DNA from: a virus
Strand: one strand, 5' to 3'
Virus record (IMG/VR): IMGVR_UViG_3300025137_004926
DNA: 64,000 nucleotides
Below, piece after piece: positions 47,713 to 57,665 of the stretch. A program made the position numbers and the translations under genes. Numbering within the stretch: the first letter of the stretch is position 1; each line of letters starts with the position of its first letter. A model generated the notes under the pieces. That model searched no databases. It saw only the letters and a list, made by a program, of their open reading frames with translations, and was not told the DNA's origin.

Positions 47713-48288
47713 ATGGATATTCAGTACTATGAGCGCCCGTTCCCCTATGTAATTATTGATAACTTTTTACCTCAAGAGTTATATAATACAATTAAAGCAA
47801 ATATGAAGAACATGCATAGTGGATTACAGGCACTACCAGAAGCAGTAGAAGTTAGAAATGCATTTGGTAAAGAATTACAGAACATACGTAATAAATTACT
47901 TGAGCAGGTTCCTAATGCATCAGACCAAGAATTGACAGCCAATGACTATATAATATGGGCTAATAGACAAATACCATACAATAAGTATAAAGTTCATATT
48001 GATTCCCCATGGAAAAGATTGTCTACAGTATTATATGTTGGATCATTCAATCAAGGAACGATGTTTCATGAGAATGAAAACCCACACAGTAAAGTAGTAG
48101 GACAAGTAGAATGGAAGGAAAATCGTGCAATGTCATTTGTTCCATCAACTACTAGTTTTCATTCATATGCAAATACTAGAGAATATCATAGAGATACCGT
48201 ATTAATCAATATGGGTTCTATAAAAAATATCAATGAAGCTAAAAATAGTGACGCTTTTCGGCATATTTTTAACCCAAATAATAAGTAG
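47713..48288 (+). CDS. 2OG-Fe(II) oxygenase
   Basis: PFPYVIIDNFL, HID, LYV...GT, FH...R. Confidence 0.85.
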   Translation: MDIQYYERPFPYVIIDNFLPQELYNTIKANMKNMHSGLQALPEAVEVRNAFGKELQNIRNKLLEQVPNASDQELTANDYIIWANRQIPYNKYKVHIDSPWKRLSTVLYVGSFNQGTMFHENENPHSKVVGQVEWKENRAMSFVPSTTSFHSYANTREYHRDTVLINMGSIKNINEAKNSDAFRHIFNPNNK

Positions 48289-48294
48289 AAAAAC

Positions 48295-48322
48295 TTGACA
48301 ATATAGCGAATCGTGTTATAGT
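48295..48322 (+). promoter_or_regulatory. sigma70-type early promoter with internal CGAATC (GANTC)
   Basis: TTGACA-atatag-CGAATC-gtgt-TATAGT. Confidence 0.75.
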
Positions 48323-48349
48323 ATATACATGATGAAGGAGAACGCTATT

Positions 48350-48820
48350 ATGAATAAGTTTGTTATTGAGACTTCTATTCGTGAAAACTATGCCGCCCAT
48401 AATGACGATTGGGACGGTGTTACGTCATATTGGAAGAATAAAGGTGGTAGCACCTATATTGTTGAAGCAAGTAGTTATGACGAGGCTACTTCTGTTATCG
48501 ATTTAGTTACATCTTCAAACGAAGCATACGAAGAAAACTTCTTTGATTGTTATCAAGTTGAAGATAACTTTGAATCAGAATACGTAAAATCACAAAAAGA
48601 GTATGACCCAAAAGGTTGGGATACCTTGTACCTTGATAATGTTGTTCGTAAGAATGACAAAGGTGATTGGTATATGAAACGAGGTTATATCGTTGGTGGA
48701 TTTCAGGAAGGAACTGACTATGAGCATCTTATTGGCAAGTTTGTTGGTAATGTCGATAACCTTAGTACAGGCGAATGTATCCTTAAAATTGAAGGCGATA
48801 CACGTACAAGTTTAGTTTAA
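48350..48820 (+). CDS. hypothetical early protein
   Basis: AAGGAG RBS before ATG 48350; RENYAAH...YWKNKGG. Confidence 0.8.
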   Translation: MNKFVIETSIRENYAAHNDDWDGVTSYWKNKGGSTYIVEASSYDEATSVIDLVTSSNEAYEENFFDCYQVEDNFESEYVKSQKEYDPKGWDTLYLDNVVRKNDKGDWYMKRGYIVGGFQEGTDYEHLIGKFVGNVDNLSTGECILKIEGDTRTSLV

Positions 48821-48833
48821 TAGGAGGGTAGTA

Positions 48834-49016
48834 ATGATTACATTTACATTTAACGCATATGGTAAGACATTTAAAGCAAAAGCAGAGAAAGGTCTTGATG
48901 TTATGGAGAAAGCAAATAAAGAATTGCTTTGGTCTAATCCTGTATCAAAAGACGGTGCATGGTTTGAAGAAGGTTCAACTGGTTTTAAATGGGTAGAGGG
49001 TAATTTCTTTGACTAA
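48834..49016 (+). CDS. hypothetical early protein
   Basis: AGGAGG RBS. Confidence 0.7.
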   Translation: MITFTFNAYGKTFKAKAEKGLDVMEKANKELLWSNPVSKDGAWFEEGSTGFKWVEGNFFD

Positions 49017-49099
49017 GTTTATACAGTACCTTCCCAAAAAATTGCAATATCGTTTAGGATATATAGTAGGAACAATCGAAAGATTTATCGGCTAAAAAC

Positions 49100-49127
49100 T
49101 TGACAAATACACGAATCATGCTATATT
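49100..49127 (+). promoter_or_regulatory. sigma70-type early promoter with internal CGAATC (GANTC)
   Basis: TTGACA-aataca-CGAATC-atgc-TATATT. Confidence 0.75.
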
Positions 49128-49158
49128 AGTTAAGTAATCACAAAAAAGGAGCATACAA

Positions 49159-49548
49159 ATGACACAATTTGACAAAACAAAGTTTAGTTATCACGGTGGA
49201 TATTTAATGTATAACGGCACATATGAAGGTCAGCCTACATATGAAGAAGTATATGGAAAGGATAAAATACATCCTTCACGTATTGGTATGCCAGTAGAAC
49301 TATTCATTGCTCGTTTCAAGTATGTGTTCTTTCAAGGTGCTTTTAAGAACTTTTTAGCTAAAAACTTCACAGTTGAAGAATATGCTGAAGGCTACAAAGC
49401 TGGTAAGTCACCTTTAGGTATGTTAGAAGAAAAAGGTTTTATGACACCACAAGCAAAGAAATTGTGTAAACAAAATGGTATGAAGCCTACACAAGAAAAT
49501 TATAAAATTTGTATTCATGCACTAGCAGAAGCAAGGATGGTAGCTTAA
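49159..49548 (+). CDS. hypothetical early protein
   Basis: AAGGAG RBS; FSYHGGYLMY...FIARFKY. Confidence 0.8.
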   Translation: MTQFDKTKFSYHGGYLMYNGTYEGQPTYEEVYGKDKIHPSRIGMPVELFIARFKYVFFQGAFKNFLAKNFTVEEYAEGYKAGKSPLGMLEEKGFMTPQAKKLCKQNGMKPTQENYKICIHALAEARMVA

Positions 49549-49739
49549 TGATACATATCTTCAACTCAGCATACCGGGATTCAGACGTAAGAAAGATTCC
49601 ATTGGACGAAGTAAATATTGTTACACAGAATATAAGTGTATATGGTAAACCTTATATATTGTTTGAACATAAGGATTACCCATTAGGTGCCTTACAAGCT
49701 ATATATAATGGCGAACATTGGTCCTGCGACTTAGATTAA
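49548..49739 (+). CDS. hypothetical protein
   Basis: TAATG-coupled start at 49548. Confidence 0.65.
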   Translation: MIHIFNSAYRDSDVRKIPLDEVNIVTQNISVYGKPYILFEHKDYPLGALQAIYNGEHWSCDLD

Positions 49740-49769
49740 TACATTATCCCTTAAATATTAATCACAACT

Positions 49770-49796
49770 GACCTACTTCCGAGTGGGTCTTTTTTT
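49770..49796 (+). terminator. intrinsic terminator
   Basis: GACCTACT-TCCG-AGTGGGTC followed by T7. Confidence 0.8.
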
Positions 49797-49804
49797 GATT
49801 TAAA

Positions 49805-49812
49805 GATAAATA
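49805..49812 (+). promoter_or_regulatory. late promoter GATAAATA for internal-protein cluster
   Basis: Motif match directly after a terminator. Confidence 0.7.
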
Positions 49813-49842
49813 CACATAGCAGTTAATTATAGGTAGCAAAAT

Positions 49843-50952
49843 ATGAGACTATTCGACTTATTTGAGAACGAAAATACTAATCTTGTTGTGATTTATCCAG
49901 GAAGATTCCACCCATTTCATATAGGACATGGGAAAGTATTCAAGTATCTAAAACAAACGTACAAAGGTGCACAAGTATTTATAGCATCTTCTGATAAAAC
50001 AGACAACCATAAGTCACCTTTTACATTCCAAGAGAAGAAAAAAATGATGCAATTAGCTGGTGTAGACCCTAATTCTATCGTTCAATGTAAAGTTCCTTAT
50101 GTTGCTACAGAGATTACAGATAGATTTGATCCAGATAAAACAGTAATAGTTTATGCAGTATCAGAGAAAGATATGGCAGAAGACCCTAGATTTAACTTTC
50201 CAGACACTGGCATGGCTCTATTAACTAGAGGTGCTAAGAAAGGACAACCTGCTCACATGCAGAAATGGCCTGGTATTGAAAATGCAAAACCATTACGTGA
50301 CCATTCATATATAGCTACTGTTCCTACATTTAAGTTTTCACTTAGAGGAAAAGCAATCAATAGTGCTACACAAATTCGTGATATGATTTCAAAAGCAGAT
50401 GAGTCAACACTAGAACAGATTTTACAAGATTTATATGGTAATCCTAATATTCCAAATGATGTAATGCAGTTGTTTCAAAACAAATTACAAAAAGGTCTTA
50501 CAAATGAAAATTGGGAAGAGCCATCATTATACGAAGCGATAATAGAAGCCCAACTTACACATGATGTTGAAGAAAAGATTACTAAGAGAACACCTATGGG
50601 TGATGTAGTAACAGATTTTTATAAAAGCGATGCTCCTCAATTCAAGGGTAAAAGCAAAGCAAAAAGAAGACAAATGGCTGTAGCGGCCAAACTATCTAAG
50701 ATGGATGAAAAGGGCGATGAAGACTTATTAAAAGGCTTTGACCCAAAAACTGCAAGAGCATTGGTTCATTTAAAAACTAAGTATCCACAAGCTGACAATG
50801 TGTTATCAGCTTTACTGGCAGACGTAGGAAAGAATGAAAGAGACGGTGATAAGGCAGACTATAAACATGAACAAGAACTATCAAAACTAACAAAAGCAAT
50901 AGAAGTATTGCAAAAAGAAATACAAGTTTTGAAGACACAAAAGGGAAAATAA
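49843..50952 (+). CDS. HIGH-motif nucleotidyltransferase (cytidylyltransferase/NMNAT-like), probable virion internal protein
   Basis: YPGRFHPFHIGH, SPFTF.EK, SATQIR; N-terminus MRLFDLFE; small C-terminal modules. Confidence 0.8.
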   Translation: MRLFDLFENENTNLVVIYPGRFHPFHIGHGKVFKYLKQTYKGAQVFIASSDKTDNHKSPFTFQEKKKMMQLAGVDPNSIVQCKVPYVATEITDRFDPDKTVIVYAVSEKDMAEDPRFNFPDTGMALLTRGAKKGQPAHMQKWPGIENAKPLRDHSYIATVPTFKFSLRGKAINSATQIRDMISKADESTLEQILQDLYGNPNIPNDVMQLFQNKLQKGLTNENWEEPSLYEAIIEAQLTHDVEEKITKRTPMGDVVTDFYKSDAPQFKGKSKAKRRQMAVAAKLSKMDEKGDEDLLKGFDPKTARALVHLKTKYPQADNVLSALLADVGKNERDGDKADYKHEQELSKLTKAIEVLQKEIQVLKTQKGK

Positions 50953-50953
50953 A

Positions 50954-52633
50954 ATGAGATTAGATGAAGTAGAACAACCGATAACTAATGCTCAGTTAAA
51001 TGCTTTAGAGAATGCACTAGATAAACTATTTGCTAGTCTTAAAATTGATGTAGAATTCACTAGGCATTTTATTGATAGAGCAAACGATGACCGTAATGGT
51101 AACCCAATCACGATGGCAGAGTTGGTAAAGATGTTTAAAAAAGAATATCAACGTTGGGGTAAACCTATTGCACAAATGGGACCTGATGCTGAGGCAGTAA
51201 TGAAAGACTTAGAAAGCGATATTAATATTCCTTTTGTATTGAAGTGGGACAGAGACAACGAAGAATTAGACTTAGTTGCTAAAACTGTTATGCGTAAAAA
51301 GAATTTCAAAACATCTAATAAAGAATTCCCGGTTGAAAGTGTTGTAGGTTCAGAACGTGATGAAGTTAAAGCAATACTAGATAAACATAATATCACAAGT
51401 TTAGATAATATTGAATATGGTACAGATGCATATGAAGAATTGTTTGTTTACTATATGGATTCAGGCGAAATGCCGTATGGTACACAAAAAGCAAGAGACG
51501 GTGATCCAGAAGAATGGATTGTTGATAGAATTTCTGATTTAGATTTACTAGTTGAGTCTAAGACATATAATACTATGTCAAATGTTGGTAAAGCAAAGTA
51601 TGTTGTAAACTTTCATGATGGAGAGAAAACACATAAAGATGGTTCTCGTTTCTATGACATGAGTACTTTTAAGAATGCAAAAGATTTAGAGAGTTTTGAG
51701 AAACAATTAAAATCAAAAGGGTATATAAAAGAAAGTGGCATACTATACAAAGCTGGTGTTAAAAAATACGGCAAAGCAGGCATGAAAGCAATACAAAGTG
51801 CCGCTGGTACAGGTGCTAGTGCAGAAGAAATTGGTGCAATCAAAGATAAGCACAATAAGAAAAAAGTAAAAGAAGACGAAACACCTAACCCAATGAGAAG
51901 AATTTCTGATGAAGAAAAACTTGCAATGTTTAATGACTTAAAAGCGGGTGACACTGTTTATCTATGGTACGATTCATCATTCAAACGTGGTGAGAAATAC
52001 AAACCATTTAAAATGGGCAGACGTACTAAATCAGAGAAGTATAATCTTTCAAAATTTTCAATGCAACAAATTAGTGCAGAAGGTATTCCAGCTGGTGTTA
52101 AATTTTTCTTATACAATAGAGAAGGCAAAGTATCACTAGCAATGGGAGATATGGCGGCAACTTTAGTTGATATGCAGACAGACTTAGGTGAATACAAAAT
52201 CAGTAGCAAGAAACCTCTATCTAGTTTAGGTGGGTATGGTGATAAAAAACTTGCTAAGAAACAACCATCAGTAGGTGACGGATTATCAGAAGATGATGAT
52301 TTTTACGTAATCGTAGAATATGAAAAAGGTAAGCCTGTTAAACAATCTGATCCTTTAAGAGTATTAGATAACTTAGCCTCACGTAATGACAATATGCCTT
52401 TCCCGATTAAGTTTAAGAATGGTGGAGATATTAAAGTTACACCTGAACTTGCAAAAAGATTCACAATGGCATATCATGATATAGCAAGACCAGAACAAAA
52501 AGAAATGATTAAACAATATCTAAGAACCAAAGAAGGCTTCATGAAAATTGTACAACAAATGCAATTAAAAAAGCCTAACTTCGGCAAAAATGTAGGCGCA
52601 AATATGGCCAGCTTAGATAGAAATGTCAAATAA
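50954..52633 (+). CDS. modular probable virion internal (poly)protein
   Basis: N-terminus MRLDEVE; modules separated by x-x-E sites (PVE, LVE, IKE, VKE, LGE, LSE); N-domain FTRHFIDR. Confidence 0.7.
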   Translation: MRLDEVEQPITNAQLNALENALDKLFASLKIDVEFTRHFIDRANDDRNGNPITMAELVKMFKKEYQRWGKPIAQMGPDAEAVMKDLESDINIPFVLKWDRDNEELDLVAKTVMRKKNFKTSNKEFPVESVVGSERDEVKAILDKHNITSLDNIEYGTDAYEELFVYYMDSGEMPYGTQKARDGDPEEWIVDRISDLDLLVESKTYNTMSNVGKAKYVVNFHDGEKTHKDGSRFYDMSTFKNAKDLESFEKQLKSKGYIKESGILYKAGVKKYGKAGMKAIQSAAGTGASAEEIGAIKDKHNKKKVKEDETPNPMRRISDEEKLAMFNDLKAGDTVYLWYDSSFKRGEKYKPFKMGRRTKSEKYNLSKFSMQQISAEGIPAGVKFFLYNREGKVSLAMGDMAATLVDMQTDLGEYKISSKKPLSSLGGYGDKKLAKKQPSVGDGLSEDDDFYVIVEYEKGKPVKQSDPLRVLDNLASRNDNMPFPIKFKNGGDIKVTPELAKRFTMAYHDIARPEQKEMIKQYLRTKEGFMKIVQQMQLKKPNFGKNVGANMASLDRNVK

Positions 52634-52648
52634 TTAGGATTGTTTTAA

Positions 52649-55600
52649 ATGAAATTGAGCGAATTTAAGATAGAGAAGCCAAAGCCAGAAGATACTATGG
52701 GTATTACTAGAGACAAAATGCCTCAAGTGAAATCTACAGACTATGACGCATACAAATCGTATCTTAAAAAGAATGGAGTATCGCTAACTCCACAGGTTGT
52801 AAGTGCAAAAGAACTAAAACCAATACAAAAAGAATTTTCAGACCAAGGTGTTGAACGACAACTAATCAAGAATAAAGAATTTGATGGAAATAATCCAAAG
52901 CCTCTATTAGCAAGTAGTGATAGTTGGATTATAGATGGCCATCATAGATGGTTGGCCGCATTGAACACAGGCAAAGACGTTAGTATTTTACGTGCAAACA
53001 TTGACGTTCATGAACTTTTATCCTTGACATTAAAATTTCCTAGTGTATACTTCAAAGATATATACACAGAAGAGGAAGAATCAATGGAAGTGATTCGAAA
53101 AGCAGAACAGTTTGCTCAAGAGGCCCATAAAGACCACAAGAGAAAATACACTGGACAACCATACTATGTGCATTTGGATGAAGTCAGGAATATTGTTAAG
53201 CAGGCCGGTGGGTCTGTCAATCAACAGTGTGCCGCTTTATTGCATGACACAGTAGAAGATACTTCTGTAACCTCTACTGATGTTACACGTGAGTTTGGTC
53301 CTGCTATTGCTAAACTAGTAATTGAACTTACTGATGTAAGTAAACCAGAAGACGGTAATAGAAAAGTACGCAAAGGTATCGATAGAGATAAACTATCAGG
53401 TGTTAGTGCAGATGCACAGACAGTTAAGTATGCAGACTTGATTAGCAATGGTAGAGATATCGGCAAGAACGATCCTAAGTTTGCTAAAGTATACCATGCA
53501 GAAAAGGCTGACTTGCTAAGAGTTATGACAAAGGGTAATCAGAATTTAAGAAAAGAAGCTATCTCTATGCTACCAGATGAATTAAAATCAGTAGTAGGTG
53601 AGGCGTTTGGTAGAGCAAACTTTAATAAGCAATTAAAAAGAAAAGGCCTCGATGTAGATAAGATGCATTCAGATAATGTTAAAGATGCTGAGGCATCTAA
53701 GAAAAGAAGTAAGGATGCAGAAGATGATTTAAAAGCATTCAGAAAAAAGCATGGGATAAAAGAAGAAACACCTTTTGGTTTAATTGCTCGTAAGGCAAAT
53801 CATTTAGTTCATAAAAAAGCATATGTTAAAATTGCAGATATGATGCATGATATACTTACAAGAAAATACAAAGAAACTAATGGTAAACTTAGACATTCAC
53901 TTGCCTATTATGCACAAATGTTAGCAATGCAGACAAACAACAAAATAAACTATCGTGAACTTGAGCAAGAATATCTCAATTCGTATGGTAATGCAATGTT
54001 TGAAAGTGAATTAGATGTATCATTATCAGCATTAAGGGAAGAAGCATTAAACGTAAAGCCTATCATTACACAAGCTATTCGTAAACTAGATAAAGTATTC
54101 AAAAAGAATGGTCATGAAGTTAGAATAGTAGGTGGGGCTGTACGAGATATTGCATTAGGTAAAGATCCAAAAGATATTGACTTCGCCACAGATGCTACTC
54201 CTGACGAAATGATTGCTATGCTTGATAAAGCAGGCATCAGACACATTCCTACAGGTATAGAACATGGTACAATAACCGCAGTTGTAGATGGAGAAGATTT
54301 TGAAATCACAACACTGAGAGCGGACTCAAATACAGACGGCAGACATGCTGATGTAGAGTTTGTGCGTTCATGGGAAGAAGATGCTAAACGTAGAGACTTA
54401 ACATACAATGCAATGTCAATGGATATTGACGGTACTGTACATGATTATAATGGTGGTATGGACGACTTACAAGATAAGGTAAGTAGGTTCGTAGGAGATG
54501 CAGAAGAAAGAATTAAAGAAGATTATTTGCGTATCTTAAGATACTTTAGATTTCAATCTAAGTTAGATAGTCCAAAGTGGGATGATGATACGTTAAAAGC
54601 AATTAAAGATAATGCAGACGGCATGTCAGGGTTATCTGTTGAAAGAATTTGGCAAGAAATAGGTAAATTGTTAATGGGGTCAAGTGCCAAAGAAGCACTT
54701 GAGTGGATGAACAAGACAGGCGTATCAAGTAAGATTGGACTTGAAGGTATCAATCCAGCTAAACTAGGTGAGCCTACAGGACCTATTATTGCACTTGCAA
54801 GAATGCTAGACAGTAGTGGTATTGCAAGAGATTGGAAGATGAGCAATTACGATAGAGAAATGTTTGACTTCTTAATCAAGCACAAAGGTGAAAACATAAA
54901 TTCAAAACAAGCACAAGATATGATTATCAAAGGTGCATCACAAGACCATTTACTTGCATGGGCAAACATGCATAGCAAGAAGGATGTATATAATACAGTC
55001 CAAGGATTTGAACAGCCAGACTTTCCAATTAATGGTAAAGACTTACTAGCAAGAGGTTATGTTGCTGGTCCTAATCTTGGTAAAATGATTGCTGATTTAA
55101 AAGATACATGGATGAAATCTAACTATAAACTAAGCAAGGAAGAATTACTAAGTAAAGTTCCAGTTAGAGAAAATACATTATTTGAAGCAGTTGCTAGATT
55201 TATGACAGGACATGGTATTACTTACAAGGGTAAGAAGTATGATACAATGGATGTAGAAGTAGTAGCAGTTGATAATGAAAAGAGACAATATCAAGTAATG
55301 ATATTTGAACCAAAAGAACTACTTGGTACAAATGTAATGATGAGTGCAAAATTTATGCACAGAGGTCCTTGGGTTAAAACTAAGATACCTGATTACATGG
55401 GAGCAATAGAAAAAGGTTTAGATAAAGAAAAGACAGATGAATGGATAGTTCCAGCCGCTCAAGCAGTAGCACATGGTGCCAGAATGGCGGGCCCACATGT
55501 AGCGAAGTTTCTGAGAAATGATCCTGCACCTAAGATAGCAGGCGCTCTTGCGACAACAGGAGGCGTTGCAAATTGGGCAAAAAGCAAGTATAATAGTTGG

Positions 55601-56323
55601 ATGAATAAGAAAAATAAGAAACCAACAACTATAGATGAAGACTTTAATAATCTATTTGAAGATAATACTCCTGATGTCTATGTAGATATGGACGGCGTGT
55701 TAGTTGATTTCTTTAATGAATGGGCTAGACTAGTAAACGTAAAATCATACAGAGATATACCAAAAAAAGATATAGGTAAAGCACTTAAGAAGATTGTTAA
55801 TACTCCAAACTTCTGGGAAGACTTGCCAGCATTAGCAGGCTATAAAGACTTGCTACAAACTATTAAAGCCACTAAAGGCAATTATAAAATATTAAGTTCC
55901 CCTCTAGCAAATGATCCTAATGTAGATCCTGGCAAAAGAGAGTGGGTGAGAAAAAATTTAAACTTCTTTAAACCAGAGCAAGTTATCATTGACCACAATA
56001 AATCAAAGTATGCAAAGAAACAAGACGGTACTCCGAACTTGTTAATTGATGATTTTGGTAAGAATGTCAATGCATGGCAATCAGCTGGTGGTATCGCAAT
56101 TAAGCATCATACATCAACTACTGCAAATACAGTACAAGCAATTAAAAAAGTATTCAGTAGAAAAGATGTAAAAGAAGCGGCGGGCGTAGGTAGAGTTATA
56201 CCTGGCATAAATACCACAGTTGACGTAGGACCCAACGAAATTACTAAACAAGCTAAAAAGTTTGGTAATGATGTAGACAAAGATGGGAAACCTAAAAAGC
56301 TACTGCGTACAAAGAAAAAATGA
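52649..56323 (+). CDS. cca: multidomain polyprotein: ParB/Srx-like + HD (alarmone hydrolase-like) + CCA-adding enzyme + HAD nucleotidase
   Basis: IIDGHHRW; AH...RKYTGQPYYVHL..ALLHDTVED..KYADLISN; VGGAVRD..DIDFAT..RRDLTYNAM..EDYLRILRYFRF; VDMDGVLVDF..LSSP..GK..W..LIDDF. Confidence 0.9.
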   Translation: MKLSEFKIEKPKPEDTMGITRDKMPQVKSTDYDAYKSYLKKNGVSLTPQVVSAKELKPIQKEFSDQGVERQLIKNKEFDGNNPKPLLASSDSWIIDGHHRWLAALNTGKDVSILRANIDVHELLSLTLKFPSVYFKDIYTEEEESMEVIRKAEQFAQEAHKDHKRKYTGQPYYVHLDEVRNIVKQAGGSVNQQCAALLHDTVEDTSVTSTDVTREFGPAIAKLVIELTDVSKPEDGNRKVRKGIDRDKLSGVSADAQTVKYADLISNGRDIGKNDPKFAKVYHAEKADLLRVMTKGNQNLRKEAISMLPDELKSVVGEAFGRANFNKQLKRKGLDVDKMHSDNVKDAEASKKRSKDAEDDLKAFRKKHGIKEETPFGLIARKANHLVHKKAYVKIADMMHDILTRKYKETNGKLRHSLAYYAQMLAMQTNNKINYRELEQEYLNSYGNAMFESELDVSLSALREEALNVKPIITQAIRKLDKVFKKNGHEVRIVGGAVRDIALGKDPKDIDFATDATPDEMIAMLDKAGIRHIPTGIEHGTITAVVDGEDFEITTLRADSNTDGRHADVEFVRSWEEDAKRRDLTYNAMSMDIDGTVHDYNGGMDDLQDKVSRFVGDAEERIKEDYLRILRYFRFQSKLDSPKWDDDTLKAIKDNADGMSGLSVERIWQEIGKLLMGSSAKEALEWMNKTGVSSKIGLEGINPAKLGEPTGPIIALARMLDSSGIARDWKMSNYDREMFDFLIKHKGENINSKQAQDMIIKGASQDHLLAWANMHSKKDVYNTVQGFEQPDFPINGKDLLARGYVAGPNLGKMIADLKDTWMKSNYKLSKEELLSKVPVRENTLFEAVARFMTGHGITYKGKKYDTMDVEVVAVDNEKRQYQVMIFEPKELLGTNVMMSAKFMHRGPWVKTKIPDYMGAIEKGLDKEKTDEWIVPAAQAVAHGARMAGPHVAKFLRNDPAPKIAGALATTGGVANWAKSKYNSWMNKKNKKPTTIDEDFNNLFEDNTPDVYVDMDGVLVDFFNEWARLVNVKSYRDIPKKDIGKALKKIVNTPNFWEDLPALAGYKDLLQTIKATKGNYKILSSPLANDPNVDPGKREWVRKNLNFFKPEQVIIDHNKSKYAKKQDGTPNLLIDDFGKNVNAWQSAGGIAIKHHTSTTANTVQAIKKVFSRKDVKEAAGVGRVIPGINTTVDVGPNEITKQAKKFGNDVDKDGKPKKLLRTKKK

Positions 56324-57645
56324 ATGAACTAAATCCAAATCTTCATAATTTAAAAAATACAATGTGTTTCAAAAACTGGAACGACATTATTATATCCTTA
56401 CCTCAAAGAACAGTAAAGTGGTGTTGTAAAACACAACATACACCTGAGCAAATGAAAGAACTGACATTTGATATAGATACACTTACCGAAGATTTTTTAT
56501 TTAATCATCCTATACTACAAAAACGAAAGTATGAATTAAGTGGAGGCACTCGTAGTGCAGATTGTTCGGGTTGTTGGAGAACAGAAGATGCAGGCGGTGA
56601 GAGTGTCAGAACATCATATAATAGTAATTACGATTATCCATGGAGAATGCGTTTACAAAAAGCAGGTAATCATCCAAACATGGCTAAACAATTTCATAGA
56701 GATATGATGGAACGTGATAACTTCAAGTTTATTGAAATAGAATTAACAAATAAGTGCAACATGGCATGTGTGTATTGTTGGGCTGGTTCTAGTACTCGTT
56801 GGCAAAAAGAAGTAGGACAGCGTTTTCCAGATACAGATGATATGATGTTTGATAAAACACTGCATATTTTAAATGATTATTGGGATAAGAAATTAGTAGG
56901 GCAAGGACATGTTAACTTTAGTTTACTAGGCGGTGAGCCGTTCTTTACTGACCATATGTTTAAGTTTATTGAAGATTTTATGATAAACATTAATGATACT
57001 CACACTGAAGGTCAAATAGTAGTAATTACTGTTACAACAAATTTAAACTTCCCTAAAAAGAAATTCGATAAATTTATTGAACTAGTACATAGAACACCAA
57101 ATATACGTTATGAAATGCAACTATCAGGCGAAGCATTAGATAAGCAGAGTGAATTAATTAGGTGGGGATTAGATTTTAATAAATGGGATGAAAACTTAGA
57201 TTTATTTTTTGAGAAGTCAAAGGAAATCGATAACTTAATTATTGGGTTTGGTTGCGCCCATAATAGTTTAAGTCTTCCTTACTTCAAAGATTTTTTAGTG
57301 TATCTTAATGATAAAATAAATAAGTATGAATATGATAAGACAATATTAATGCATCAGAATTGGGTAGATAATCCAGTGCATTTAGCAGTAGATTCGTTAG
57401 AGCCACATCATGCAGATGCAATAGAAGAACAAATAGAATATTTTCAGAATATGTCTGGTAATTTCTATAAAAAACAAAGATATATTAGATTAATGAAGAC
57501 AATGAAATCACTAGTAGAAAGCGAAGTACCAGTAGAAACTAAGCTAATAGCACAAAAACAGTTTAAAATACTAGAAGATAGGCGCAAAATCTCATATTCA
57601 GAGTGCTTCCCTCACTTCAATGAACTAATAAATTCAATTAATTAA
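56320..57645 (+). CDS. radical SAM protein with N-terminal Cys cluster
   Basis: CNMACVYC, GGEPF, TTN; N-terminal WCCK and CxxC. Confidence 0.9.
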   Translation: MNELNPNLHNLKNTMCFKNWNDIIISLPQRTVKWCCKTQHTPEQMKELTFDIDTLTEDFLFNHPILQKRKYELSGGTRSADCSGCWRTEDAGGESVRTSYNSNYDYPWRMRLQKAGNHPNMAKQFHRDMMERDNFKFIEIELTNKCNMACVYCWAGSSTRWQKEVGQRFPDTDDMMFDKTLHILNDYWDKKLVGQGHVNFSLLGGEPFFTDHMFKFIEDFMININDTHTEGQIVVITVTTNLNFPKKKFDKFIELVHRTPNIRYEMQLSGEALDKQSELIRWGLDFNKWDENLDLFFEKSKEIDNLIIGFGCAHNSLSLPYFKDFLVYLNDKINKYEYDKTILMHQNWVDNPVHLAVDSLEPHHADAIEEQIEYFQNMSGNFYKKQRYIRLMKTMKSLVESEVPVETKLIAQKQFKILEDRRKISYSECFPHFNELINSIN

Positions 57646-57652
57646 TTAATTT

Positions 57653-57660
57653 GATAAATA
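57653..57660 (+). promoter_or_regulatory. late promoter GATAAATA (probably leaderless transcript)
   Basis: Ends 6 nt before ATG 57666; no RBS. Confidence 0.65.
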
Positions 57661-57665
57661 GTAAT

